From positions 14,485 through 78,484 of the forward strand of contig JAZTYO010000023.1 in assembly GCA_045636945.1 (NCBI GenBank): 64,000 nucleotides of DNA. Reading direction: 5' to 3'. The notes beneath the pieces were generated by a model. The model saw nothing but the letters and a program-made list of their open reading frames with translations. It had not been told where the DNA came from and ran no database searches. Source of the stretch: Acutalibacteraceae bacterium. Its GTDB lineage: Bacteria; Bacillota; Clostridia; Oscillospirales; Acutalibacteraceae. Position numbers and translations under genes: made by a program. Shown in pieces: positions 18,241 to 28,147 of this stretch. Numbering within the stretch: the first letter of the stretch is position 1; each line of letters begins with the position of its first letter.

Positions 18241-20062
18241 TAATCAAAAAGGAAACCGCGGTATGGGGGCAAAGCCCGAACAGAAGCTTGACCGAAAAAC
18301 CACGGGACACGTTATTAAGAGATTAAGTAAATACGTTTTAAAACAATGGCCATTGTTTTTTTTAGCCATTGTAATGACTCTTTTGTCAAATCAGTTATCT
18401 TTGCTTGGACCTAAATATTCGGGTGAGGCCATTGATGCCATCGCCAGCGAAAACGGTGTTCAGTTTGATCTTGTATGGCACAATGTTGTAAAAATGCTTG
18501 TGTGCTATATTCTTGCAGCGGTACTGTCATACGTTTTGGCAGTCCTAATGATAAAGCTGACACAACGTATCGTTAAAACCATGCGTAAGCAGGTTTTTGA
18601 AAAGCTTACAACTTTACCTGTTGGCTTCTTTGACACCCATGCAACAGGTGATATCATAAGCCGAATATCCTATGATATTGATACCTTAAACTCAACACTT
18701 TCACACGACCTTGTTCAGGTTATGACAAGTATCTACACCGTCATTGGTTCGGTGATTTTTATGTGGAATATCTCAAAACCGATGATTCTTGTTTTTGTCA
18801 TTACTGTGCCTATTTCTATTTTGTTCACCCGTTACCGTTCGAAAAAGGTCAGACCATTGTTTCAGGAACGTTCAAGAAAACTCGGTGAGCTTAACGGTTA
18901 TGCCGAAGAAATGCTCTCGGGTGGCAGAACTATTGCGGTTTACCACCGTGAAAAAGAAATCGGTTCGAGGTTTAATAAGCGTAACAACGACGCTATGAAT
19001 GCCTATTATAAATCTGAATATTACGGTTCGGTTATGGGCCCGTCGGTTATGTTTATTAACAATCTTTCGATTTCACTTGTTATGATTTTCGGCGGTATTC
19101 TGTATATGTACTCGCAAAGCGGTGCTGTAAAGGCAGGCTCATTGTTATTTATTACCTTGGGTGGTGTTGCACAGTTTGTGCAGTATTCGAGAAAATTCGC
19201 AGGTCCCATAAACGAGTTTGCCAATATCCTGCACGAATTTCAGTCGGCATTTTCGGCGGCTGATCGCATATTCAGAGTTATAGACGAACCTTCAGAAACT
19301 GCCGATATTCCCAATGCTATCGTGCTTGAACGCAGTGAGGGTAAGGTAGAGGTTAAGAACATAACCTTTGGATATACTCCCGAAAGAGAGATTTTGAAGG
19401 ACGTTGACATATCTGCCGATTCGGGTAAGACTATTGCTGTTGTCGGTCCTACAGGCGCTGGGAAAACAACAATTATCAACCTTTTGATGCGTTTTTATAA
19501 CGTTAATAAAGGTAAGATTAAGGTTGACGGCAACGATATGACCGAGATTACACGTGAGTCACTGCGAAAGGCCTACACAATGGTTTTGCAGGATACGTGG
19601 CTTTTCCACGGAACGGTATATGAAAACATTGCCTACGGTCGCGAGGGAGCAACCTTATATGAGGTTAAAGAAGCGGCAAAGGCTGCTAAAATCGATTCGT
19701 TTATCGAGCATTTGCCCGATGGGTATGATACTGTTTTGTCGGATGGCGGTGTCAATATTTCAAAGGGTCAGCGTCAGTTGATAACCATTGCACGTGCGAT
19801 TATCTCAAAATCGTCAATGCTGATTCTCGACGAGGCAACTTCCAACGTTGACTCCAGAACCGAGATTCAGATTCAAGAAGCAATGAAAAAGCTAATGGAG
19901 GGAAGAACCTGCTTTATTATCGCACACCGTCTTTCTACCATTCAGCACGCTGATACAATCATTGTTCTTAAGGACGGTAGGGTATCAGAGCAAGGCAATC
20001 ACGAAGAGTTGATGAAACTTGGCGGATTCTACTCAACTCTTTATAACTCACAATTTAACTGA
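18233..20062 (+). CDS. ABC exporter permease/ATPase, heterodimer subunit with the consensus nucleotide site
   Basis: Walker A GPTGAGKTT, Walker B LILDEATSNVD and H-loop IIAHRLST are canonical. The signature is non-canonical (ISKGQRQL). Start placed at TTG 18233, 7 nt after GGAGG; the ORF-track ATG at 18194 would overlap the upstream gene by 47 nt. Confidence 0.82.
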   Translation: MNNNQKGNRGMGAKPEQKLDRKTTGHVIKRLSKYVLKQWPLFFLAIVMTLLSNQLSLLGPKYSGEAIDAIASENGVQFDLVWHNVVKMLVCYILAAVLSYVLAVLMIKLTQRIVKTMRKQVFEKLTTLPVGFFDTHATGDIISRISYDIDTLNSTLSHDLVQVMTSIYTVIGSVIFMWNISKPMILVFVITVPISILFTRYRSKKVRPLFQERSRKLGELNGYAEEMLSGGRTIAVYHREKEIGSRFNKRNNDAMNAYYKSEYYGSVMGPSVMFINNLSISLVMIFGGILYMYSQSGAVKAGSLLFITLGGVAQFVQYSRKFAGPINEFANILHEFQSAFSAADRIFRVIDEPSETADIPNAIVLERSEGKVEVKNITFGYTPEREILKDVDISADSGKTIAVVGPTGAGKTTIINLLMRFYNVNKGKIKVDGNDMTEITRESLRKAYTMVLQDTWLFHGTVYENIAYGREGATLYEVKEAAKAAKIDSFIEHLPDGYDTVLSDGGVNISKGQRQLITIARAIISKSSMLILDEATSNVDSRTEIQIQEAMKKLMEGRTCFIIAHRLSTIQHADTIIVLKDGRVSEQGNHEELMKLGGFYSTLYNSQFN

Positions 20063-20070
20063 GGTGTTTT

Positions 20071-21396
20071 ATGAAAACCAAATCAAATGGCAGGTTTATG
20101 CTTGCACTTGTTATATTCAGTTTAATCGGTCAGGTGGCTTGGGTTGTTGAAAATATGTATTTCAACGTCTTTATCTACAAAGTGTTCAATGCATCGGCCG
20201 ATGCAATTTCGGTAATGGTTGCAACATCGGCTATTGCGGCAACGCTTACAACAGTTTTTATCGGTGCGTTGTCGGATAAAATAGGCAAGAGAAAACTGTT
20301 TATCTGCGGTGGTTATATCGTTTGGGGTATATCCATTATGAGCTTTGCACTTATCCGTACCGACATTATTGGTGCGTTTATCCCGAGTACTGTTTCTGCC
20401 GCTTCGGTCGGAGTATCGTTGGTAATTATTATGGACTGTGTAATGACATTTTTCGGCTCGTCAGCCAACGATGCCGCATTTAATGCCTGGCTTACCGACG
20501 TTACCGACGAAACCAACCGTGGCTCAGCCGAGGGCATCAATTCAATGATGCCATTAGTTGCAATTTTAGTAGTTTTCGGCGGATTTATGGCCTTTGATTT
20601 AAACCAAGCCTCAAGCTGGACTGCAATTTTCATCATTATCGGTGCTGTAGTGCTTGTTATCGGTGTTTTGGGTATTGTCCTCATAAAAGACACCTGCCAA
20701 AAATCAGAGGAAAACAGCCACTATTTCCGCAATATTTTCTATGGCTTCAGACCCTCGGTTATAAAGAATAATGCTATTCTTTATATTACACTTTTCTGCT
20801 TTGCGGTTTTTGGGATTTCTATTCAGATTTTTATGCCGTATCTTATACTTTATTACAACGTTTCCTTGAAAATGGATAACTATGTACTGATAATGGCACC
20901 TGCTATTATTATTGCCGCTATTGTTACCGCAATTTACGGCAAACTGTACGATAAAAAAGGCTTTAGCTTTTCGGTTGTTCCGTCGTTAGCAATGCTCTCG
21001 GTCGGATACGTTATACTGTTCTTCTTTAAGGGTACTGCGTTTGTATTTATCGGCTCGTTGCTAATGATGTGCGGATATCTTACGGGAATGGCCGTTTTCG
21101 GCGCTATGATAAGGGATAACACTCCTTTTGGGAAGGCAGGAATGTTCCAGGGACTTCGTATTGTCGGTCAGGTGTTGATACCCGGTATTATCGGTCCGTT
21201 TATTGGTTCTTGGGTGTTGAGAAATGCCGAACAGGTAAAGAATGACGACGGAACTTTCTCGTTTGTACCCAATGAAAACATCTTTTTGGCTGCATTGGTT
21301 GTGATAGTTGCGTTGGCGATTGTTCTTGCAATAGAATTTGCGGTAATCAAACGCAGAAAATTGAGTACTGATAAAAAGGTGGATATTAATGGCTAA
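20071..21396 (+). CDS. MFS transporter (probable glycoside/sugar importer)
   Basis: 441 aa with about 12 TM helices and an MFS-like loop GALSDKIGKRKLF after TM2. Overlaps the GH2 gene start. Confidence 0.8.
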   Translation: MKTKSNGRFMLALVIFSLIGQVAWVVENMYFNVFIYKVFNASADAISVMVATSAIAATLTTVFIGALSDKIGKRKLFICGGYIVWGISIMSFALIRTDIIGAFIPSTVSAASVGVSLVIIMDCVMTFFGSSANDAAFNAWLTDVTDETNRGSAEGINSMMPLVAILVVFGGFMAFDLNQASSWTAIFIIIGAVVLVIGVLGIVLIKDTCQKSEENSHYFRNIFYGFRPSVIKNNAILYITLFCFAVFGISIQIFMPYLILYYNVSLKMDNYVLIMAPAIIIAAIVTAIYGKLYDKKGFSFSVVPSLAMLSVGYVILFFFKGTAFVFIGSLLMMCGYLTGMAVFGAMIRDNTPFGKAGMFQGLRIVGQVLIPGIIGPFIGSWVLRNAEQVKNDDGTFSFVPNENIFLAALVVIVALAIVLAIEFAVIKRRKLSTDKKVDING

Positions 21397-23098
21397 AACT
21401 GTTGATTTATTGACAAAAGAGGGAAGTGCGTTACCCAAAATTCCATGGAACGAATATCCGAGACCGTTATTGAAGCGTGATTCCTTCCTTTGTCTTAACG
21501 GTGAGTGGGATTTTTGTGTTTGTAGCGCTAAAAATCCAACACCTCAATATGATAAAACAATTATAGTCCCGTTTGCACCTCAAAGTTTTTTATCCGGAGT
21601 AAAGGAACTTGTAAAAGACAGTGATATAGTTTTTTACAGACGGTCGTTCTCGTTGCCTGAGGGCTTTAAAAAGGACAAAGTTATTCTTCATTTCGGTGCA
21701 GTTGACCAGTTTGCCGAGGTCAGGGTAAACGGAATGCTTTTGGGCTCGCACGTTGGCGGTTACGACCCATTTTCGTTTGATATTACCAACTGCTTAAAAG
21801 AAGAAAACGTTCTTGAGGTAAAGGTCAAGGACGAGCTCGATAAACATATTCTGCCATACGGTAAGCAAAAGCACAAAAGAGGCGGCATGTGGTATACTCC
21901 CGTAACGGGAATTTGGCAGACCGTGTGGCTTGAAAGTGTACCCGAGCAGTATATTACAGACATTTCATATACAGTTTTTGATAATGTTGTAAGAATTGCT
22001 GTAAAAGGTACTGAAAATGGCGTTATAACGGTGCAAACACCTGAAGGCGAGTTAATTGCAGGGTATCGGAATTTCGTTGCTGAGATTAAATTAGAGAATA
22101 TAAGATATTGGAGCCCCGAAGACCCGTATCTTTATAATTTCACGGTTGAAACCTCAACCGACAGGGTGTCGTCGCATTTTGCTGTAAGAACATTGGAAAT
22201 CAAGGATATTAACGGTATAAAACGTCTTTGCTTAAACGGAAAACCCTACTTTTTCCACGGACTGCTTGACCAAGGTTATTGGAGTGACGGAATATTCACA
22301 CCTGCTACGCCCGAATTGTTCATAAAGGATATTGAAACCGTAAAATCGCTTGGATTTAATATGCTGAGAAAGCATATTAAAGTCGAGCCGCAGTTGTTCT
22401 ATTATTATTGCGATAAGCTTGGTATGGTCGTTTTTCAGGATATGATAAGCAACGGTCATTACTCTTTTTTTCGTGATACAGCATTGCCGACAATCGGACT
22501 TCAAAAGATGTCGGATAAATGTTTGCATTGTAATAATGAATCACGTGTGGCTTTTAAAAAGGCGATGCTCGATACGGTTGAGTTGCTTAAAAATCACCCG
22601 TCTGTTTGTTATTGGACCATATTCAACGAGGGTTGGGGACAGTTTACCTCTGACGAAATGTATGAACTGCTGAAATCCGTTGATGATACAAGGTTTATCG
22701 ATTCTACCTCGGGGTGGTTCAGAAGAAAGAAAACCGACGTTGACAGCCGTCACATCTATTTCAAAAAGGTTAAACTCAAAGCCTTAGACAAACCGCTTGT
22801 TTTATCCGAGTTTGGCGGTTATTCCTATAAGCCTGAAGGTCACGTTTTCAATACCGAGCAGACCTACGGCTATGCGAAGTATGAGGATAGGGAAGAGTTT
22901 GTCAAGGCTGTAAGAAGGCTTTATCTTGAAGAAATCATACCGCTTGTTTCAAAGGGCCTTTGTGCCACAGTTTATACTCAGGTTTCCGACGTTGAGGATG
23001 AGACCAACGGTATAATGAGCTACGACCGTGAGATTTTAAAAATTGAGCCGACAGAATTTTCAGATGTTTCGGAACGACTTAAAAATGAGATATTATAG
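21389..23098 (+). CDS. glycoside hydrolase family 2 protein (beta-galactosidase/beta-glucuronidase-like), cytoplasmic
   Basis: 569 aa with no signal peptide. GH2 sugar-binding and TIM-barrel features (VNGMLLGSHVGGYDPFSFDIT, GFNMLRKHIK, WTIFNEGWG with the acid/base NE, SEFGG). Confidence 0.8.
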   Translation: MAKTVDLLTKEGSALPKIPWNEYPRPLLKRDSFLCLNGEWDFCVCSAKNPTPQYDKTIIVPFAPQSFLSGVKELVKDSDIVFYRRSFSLPEGFKKDKVILHFGAVDQFAEVRVNGMLLGSHVGGYDPFSFDITNCLKEENVLEVKVKDELDKHILPYGKQKHKRGGMWYTPVTGIWQTVWLESVPEQYITDISYTVFDNVVRIAVKGTENGVITVQTPEGELIAGYRNFVAEIKLENIRYWSPEDPYLYNFTVETSTDRVSSHFAVRTLEIKDINGIKRLCLNGKPYFFHGLLDQGYWSDGIFTPATPELFIKDIETVKSLGFNMLRKHIKVEPQLFYYYCDKLGMVVFQDMISNGHYSFFRDTALPTIGLQKMSDKCLHCNNESRVAFKKAMLDTVELLKNHPSVCYWTIFNEGWGQFTSDEMYELLKSVDDTRFIDSTSGWFRRKKTDVDSRHIYFKKVKLKALDKPLVLSEFGGYSYKPEGHVFNTEQTYGYAKYEDREEFVKAVRRLYLEEIIPLVSKGLCATVYTQVSDVEDETNGIMSYDREILKIEPTEFSDVSERLKNEIL

Positions 23099-23101
23099 CA
23101 C

Positions 23102-23131
23102 AAAACCCGAACGGTAATTCCGTTCGGGTTT
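23102..23131. terminator. bidirectional terminator between GH2 and the SH3 protein gene
   Basis: Stem aaacccgaacgg / ccgttcgggttt between convergent genes. Confidence 0.6.
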
Positions 23132-23135
23132 GTGT

Positions 23136-24101
23136 TTAATAATAGAAATATTTGTAAAAGTTTGGATGTGTGTTAAATAGGTCTTGCAAGGTTTTGCGGT
23201 TTTTCGAGCCCGGGTCATTAACGGTAAATTTTGATGCGGAAATTGTATCACCGCCCGTATATCCCGTTATGACCACCCAATGCTGACCGCCACTGCTGTT
23301 TTTGGCACCGAAAAGTACAGGCTTACCCGATTTGATTTTTTCATATATCTTTTTAAGATAATCGGTTTTGCTTGTTACCTGCGTATAATAGCTTGGCCAA
23401 TAAACACTGCCCGATGATGTATACTTCAGTTTTTTAGACATAGCATCGGGATATATTGTTGTACTTGTTCTGTACGATTCCATCATAGCAATACCCGTCG
23501 TTGCACAACCGATGTCTGCCATTCGCTTGCCTGATGTACCGAGCTTTACGTTTGCCCAACGAGAATCGGTCTGCTTATAGCTTGGCACAGACAACTTTAT
23601 AGCAGTATAATTGACCGAATTTGAAGTGAGATACCACGTACTGACGTAGCCTGTTTTTGTGCCGTCATAGAGTACATAACTCCAATTACCGTCGGTGTAA
23701 ACAACAAGCACTTTATCACCTTTCACGAGCTTGTCCGTTGCTTTATAATTTGAACCTGCACCGCTACGGACGTTCAAAGTACCCGATATTATATTAACGT
23801 ATTTTTCGGTTGAGGTTACCTCTTTTACATATGTCGCACTGCTGTAACCATACTCGTTTTCACTGTATTTCACCTTCCACCAAGCACCAGTCTTTGAAAG
23901 AATCGTGATATAACTGCCGTTTTGTAGTTTTGCAACCGATTCTGAGGATGCAGTGGCCTCACGTCGAACGTTTAACCAACCGCTTGAAAGTGTTACTTTA
24001 CCGACCTTTTCGGTTTCGGTCGCAGCACTCACGGATGACGGCAATATTATAACTGAAAACAGTAATACAATCGTCAAAATAATAGATATTTTCTTTTTCA
24101 T
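23136..24101 (-). CDS. secreted protein with two SH3b domains and a C-terminal papain-like (peptidase C39-like) domain
   Basis: Signal peptide MKKKISIILTIVLLFSVIILPSSVSA. Two SH3b-like repeats (LNVRREA...WWKVKY; LNVRSGAG...WSYVLY). C-terminal YKQTDSRWANVKLG...IGCATTGIAMM with a candidate catalytic Cys. Confidence 0.65.
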   Translation of the reverse strand: MKKKISIILTIVLLFSVIILPSSVSAATETEKVGKVTLSSGWLNVRREATASSESVAKLQNGSYITILSKTGAWWKVKYSENEYGYSSATYVKEVTSTEKYVNIISGTLNVRSGAGSNYKATDKLVKGDKVLVVYTDGNWSYVLYDGTKTGYVSTWYLTSNSVNYTAIKLSVPSYKQTDSRWANVKLGTSGKRMADIGCATTGIAMMESYRTSTTIYPDAMSKKLKYTSSGSVYWPSYYTQVTSKTDYLKKIYEKIKSGKPVLFGAKNSSGGQHWVVITGYTGGDTISASKFTVNDPGSKNRKTLQDLFNTHPNFYKYFYY

Positions 24102-24243
24102 CTTTTCTCCTTCTTTTGAAATTTGTGACACATGTGCATATAGATTTTACCATAGAACCAAGGATGTTTAAATACTCCAAATAATGTTAATTATTTATTA
24201 AAAACCCGATTTTGTGTTGATTTAAACACTGTCAGGTGATATA

Positions 24244-25236
24244 ATGATGATAATAAGTCGAAATAGCAAATTTGTTAATAATTTATCACTGAATGAAAGG
24301 GTGATATTTACGGACTATGTATTAAGAACGTTTGGTTTAAGCAAAAAATACAAGAATCATTTTGCCGTAAAAGAGGCCAATATAAATATCAAAAAAGGTG
24401 ATATTTACGGCTTTGTCGGCGAAAACGGTTCGGGTAAGACCACTATTATCAGACTTATTACTGGTCTTATTTTTCCAACTGCGGGTGGTTACGAGCTTTT
24501 CGGTGTGCCCAATACCTCTCGCGAAATTATTAATGCTCGTAAAAAGGTTGGAGCTATTGTTGAAACTCCCTCGATTTACAGCAATATGTCGGCTTATGAC
24601 AACCTTAAAATGCAGGCTACCATCCTTGGTGTTGAGTGCAATGACGACGTTATAAATGAGATACTTTGTGAGGTCGGTCTTGGCGAATTGTTTGAAAATA
24701 AAAAGCACGTCGGAGATTTCTCATTGGGTATGCGTCAAAGGATTGGAATTGCTATGTCTTTGCTCGGCAATCCTGAGTTTATTATCCTTGACGAGCCGAT
24801 GAATGGTCTTGACCCTCAAGGTATAGTTGAAATACGTGAGCTGATTTTAAAACTTAACCGCGAGTATAATATTACTTTCCTTATTTCGTCGCATATTCTG
24901 ACCGAGCTTGCTTTGGTTGCTACTAAATACGGCATAATCTCTCATGGACATATTGTTAAGGAAATTACTGCCGAACAAATAAAAAAAGAGTACGGCAAAA
25001 TAACCACTATTAAATCCGACGACCCTAATACTCTTTATAAAGTTATTTCGGAACTTTATCCCGATTCGGAACTTTCGTTTGTTTCGTACGGTATCAGTAT
25101 CATAGGAGAACTTGACCTTAACGACCTTTTCAGCGTTCTTCTTCGCAACAATGTAAAAATCACCTCGGTCAACTGCAATGAGACGAGTATCGAGGACTAT
25201 TATCTTACGTTGCTTGGAGGTGGTCACGGTGCTTAA
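24244..25236 (+). CDS. ABC transporter ATP-binding protein (ABC-2 / bacitracin-lantibiotic-export-like)
   Basis: Walker A GENGSGKTT, signature FSLGMRQR, Walker B IILDEPMNGLD, plus a C-terminal accessory domain of about 100 aa. Confidence 0.85.
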   Translation: MMIISRNSKFVNNLSLNERVIFTDYVLRTFGLSKKYKNHFAVKEANINIKKGDIYGFVGENGSGKTTIIRLITGLIFPTAGGYELFGVPNTSREIINARKKVGAIVETPSIYSNMSAYDNLKMQATILGVECNDDVINEILCEVGLGELFENKKHVGDFSLGMRQRIGIAMSLLGNPEFIILDEPMNGLDPQGIVEIRELILKLNREYNITFLISSHILTELALVATKYGIISHGHIVKEITAEQIKKEYGKITTIKSDDPNTLYKVISELYPDSELSFVSYGISIIGELDLNDLFSVLLRNNVKITSVNCNETSIEDYYLTLLGGGHGA

Positions 25237-26056
25237 TCTTATCAAGAGTGATTTCAGACGAGTTGTAAAGGATAAATTGACCTTAATCCTTTGCATTATC
25301 GGTTTTGGATTTGCAATTTTTACACCGTTATTGTATAAAGGTATTTTCTCGCTTGCAACTTCCGATCCTATGACCGACGCACTTATCGGGTCGATTAATG
25401 CCAAGACTATTTTCTTTGCATCGTTTTCAACAAGTAATAATTTCGGACTAATTATCCCTGTGTTGCTTGCTATTGTTCTTTGCAAGGATTTCAGCTTTGG
25501 TACGATTCGTAATAAAATCATCGGTGGTCACAACAGAACAAACATTTTTATTTCAATGTACGTAGTTTGTGCCGCCGTTATGATTGGTGTTGTATTGCTT
25601 CACGCGTTATTGTCCCTTTTTGTAAGCCTTTTGTTCTTCGATTATCAGAGTACACCGTTTGAGTTTCCCGATGCCGTGTATTTTGTCGTTTCGTTGTTGC
25701 TTGAAATCGTCGTATATCTGTTTATGGCTGCCTTGCTGACCTGGATGTGTGCAACCTTCAAAAACGTTGGAATAGCAATCGTAATGTTCGTCGCAGTTGC
25801 CTTTATTATGTCAATAGTTTCGACCATAATTACAGTTGCAATCGAGATACTTTCGATGTCACCTTCGAATGATGTGGCTTTAGACGTGCTGAATTTTATC
25901 CAAAAAATCAATCTGTTTAATGCTGCTGTATATATTGGAAGTGGTGACAGCTACATGTTGTCTGACATTTTGTATATATTAATACCTGCTTTTGTCGGAG
26001 TCGCAGGTTTGCTTGGATTGGGTATTAAGAAATTCAATAAAAAGGACCTTAAATAA
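25229..26056 (+). CDS. ABC-2 type transporter permease
   Basis: About 275 aa with 6 TM helices. GTG start 6-7 nt after GGAGG, overlapping the ATPase stop by 8 nt. Confidence 0.7.
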   Translation: MLNLIKSDFRRVVKDKLTLILCIIGFGFAIFTPLLYKGIFSLATSDPMTDALIGSINAKTIFFASFSTSNNFGLIIPVLLAIVLCKDFSFGTIRNKIIGGHNRTNIFISMYVVCAAVMIGVVLLHALLSLFVSLLFFDYQSTPFEFPDAVYFVVSLLLEIVVYLFMAALLTWMCATFKNVGIAIVMFVAVAFIMSIVSTIITVAIEILSMSPSNDVALDVLNFIQKINLFNAAVYIGSGDSYMLSDILYILIPAFVGVAGLLGLGIKKFNKKDLK

Positions 26057-26561
26057 TATTAAAACACCGAGCATATGACTCGGTGTTTTTTATATCAATA
26101 TGATTGCTGAATTGTATTACGGTATCGGATTTGGAAAAAGAAATTTCTGTTATATGTCCCGTACCGTCAAGTGTTGCTTTGTAGTTGCCGTTCGCGTTAT
26201 TGCCTGATACAATCGTTTTACTGTCGGAAACGGTAACATCAAGCTCGTCGGTCGGCATTGACAGTAAGGCATCGTAAATCAAAAGCAGAGGAGAGTCTTT
26301 CGGCACTTCTTCACGTTTGTAACGCTCCGAAATACCCTGAACCTCTAAAATAACACTTTGTTCCTTTATCCTTATTGATAAAGTATTGATTATATCGGGA
26401 CCTGAAAATATAAAGGATAAATCCCCTTCGATGTTGACCGACATTTCACCCGATAGAGAAGAATCAGTGATCGAAAAATCGCATTCAAAGCCTTTGGCTA
26501 TAGGGGTAACGTCGAGTTTACTTTGATTTGAACATCCGCAAAGACCAATACATATAAGCAT
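26049..26561 (-). CDS. hypothetical lipoprotein
   Basis: Lipobox-like IGLCGCS near the N-terminus. No recognised domain. The start is uncertain (see finding). Confidence 0.45.
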   Translation of the reverse strand: MLICIGLCGCSNQSKLDVTPIAKGFECDFSITDSSLSGEMSVNIEGDLSFIFSGPDIINTLSIRIKEQSVILEVQGISERYKREEVPKDSPLLLIYDALLSMPTDELDVTVSDSKTIVSGNNANGNYKATLDGTGHITEISFSKSDTVIQFSNHIDIKNTESYARCFNII

Positions 26562-26597
26562 GACCGTAAAGATGCGGAATAGCCTCGTAAAACCACC

Positions 26598-28133
26598 TTA
26601 TTTCTTGGAATAAAGTCGACAATATACGGTTGACAGTGAGTTTATCATATCGGTAGGAGTTAAGGCAAGAACAGAGGTTTCTTTGACAGCTACGTCGCCT
26701 GCCATTGCGTGAATTTTAACTGCTGAAATTGCCGCATCAGCCGCCGACATACCTTGTGCCAAAAACGCAACTATCATACCTGCGAGCATATCTCCTGTAC
26801 CTGCTGTAGACATACCCGGATTACCGTCGGTGACGATATAAACCGAGCCATCGGGCAAAGCAATAATAGTTTTTGCACCTTTAAGTACCGAAACTGCACC
26901 AGTTTTAGAGGCCAAAAGCTTCGCGGCATTAAGGCGGTTATTCTGTATTTCCTCAACAGAAAGTCCAAGCAAACGAGAAGCCTCTTTGGGATGCGGTGTT
27001 ATAACAACCTCGTTGGTATACTGTCTTATACATCTTATGTTAGTGGACAGAATGTTTATTCCGTCGGCATCCAAAACTATCGGGATACTACAGTTTTTTA
27101 TAATATCGTAAACGTTACGTTTGGCCTGTTCGCTTTGACCTAATCCACAACCGATAAGACCTGCCGTGCATTTATCAAAGGCGGAAACTACAGTATCGGC
27201 AACGATGTTTGATACGTCACCGTTATTTACATTATTAAGAACGGTACATACAGCCTCGGGGATAGAAACACCGACAATAGGGTATATATCCTCAGGGATA
27301 ATCATATTGACAATACCTGCACCGCTTTTAACCGCAGCTCTTCCTGATATAACTGCTGCGCCAGCATAGCCCTTTGCACCGCATAAAAGTCCTGCTGTAC
27401 CGCAATCACCCTTATGTGCACCAACATTACGTTCGGGCAATGCTTTGATAACGTCACGTTTTTTTACAACGTTCATTATCGGTGTGACCGATTCGTATGC
27501 CTCGTTGGGCATACCGATGTCAACAACCTTTACGGTACCGCAATACTCAAAGGTAGGGTAAAGAAGATGGCAGGGCTTGTAAGCACCAAACGTAATTGTA
27601 AGGTCGGCCTTAATAAAGGTGTTGTTATCAATAACTCCGTCACTGTTCATTCCGCTAGGAACGTCTATAGATACTTTAATAGCGTCAGAGTTGTTTATAA
27701 CATCAATAACGCTTTGGTAAATGCCATTTGGCACTCCTTTAAAACCTATTCCGAAAATAGAATCGATGACAATATCAGCAGATTCAATATACTGACTGCA
27801 AAGCTCCTCGTAATTTTCATAGCTTATCGGGCGGATTCCGAGTAGTATTGCTTTAGAAAACATTTCCGTAGCACTGTCGGTAGAAGCATCTCCAACGGAT
27901 ATAACACGAAGCTGTGCACCGCTGTCATAAAGCTTTCTTGCAATGACGTATCCGTCTCCTCCGTTGTTACCTTTACCGCAAATAATAACGACCTTCTTGC
28001 TGTCAAGGTTATATTTTCCCTTTATGATATGTGCGGCAGCAGAGCCGGCGTTTTCCATAAGATGCAGCCAATTCATACCAAGCTCAACTGAGCGAGCCTC
28101 GACTAATCTCATTTGTTCGGCAGTAAGTACCAT
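26598..28133 (-). CDS. nnr: bifunctional NAD(P)H-hydrate epimerase / ADP-dependent NAD(P)H-hydrate dehydratase
   Basis: 511 aa. The N-terminal YjeF_N domain has GKGNNGGDG. The C-terminal carbohydrate-kinase-like domain has GPGMSTAGTGDMLAG. Confidence 0.88.
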   Translation of the reverse strand: MVLTAEQMRLVEARSVELGMNWLHLMENAGSAAAHIIKGKYNLDSKKVVIICGKGNNGGDGYVIARKLYDSGAQLRVISVGDASTDSATEMFSKAILLGIRPISYENYEELCSQYIESADIVIDSIFGIGFKGVPNGIYQSVIDVINNSDAIKVSIDVPSGMNSDGVIDNNTFIKADLTITFGAYKPCHLLYPTFEYCGTVKVVDIGMPNEAYESVTPIMNVVKKRDVIKALPERNVGAHKGDCGTAGLLCGAKGYAGAAVISGRAAVKSGAGIVNMIIPEDIYPIVGVSIPEAVCTVLNNVNNGDVSNIVADTVVSAFDKCTAGLIGCGLGQSEQAKRNVYDIIKNCSIPIVLDADGINILSTNIRCIRQYTNEVVITPHPKEASRLLGLSVEEIQNNRLNAAKLLASKTGAVSVLKGAKTIIALPDGSVYIVTDGNPGMSTAGTGDMLAGMIVAFLAQGMSAADAAISAVKIHAMAGDVAVKETSVLALTPTDMINSLSTVYCRLYSKK

Positions 28134-28147
28134 TTAAATTCTCCTGA

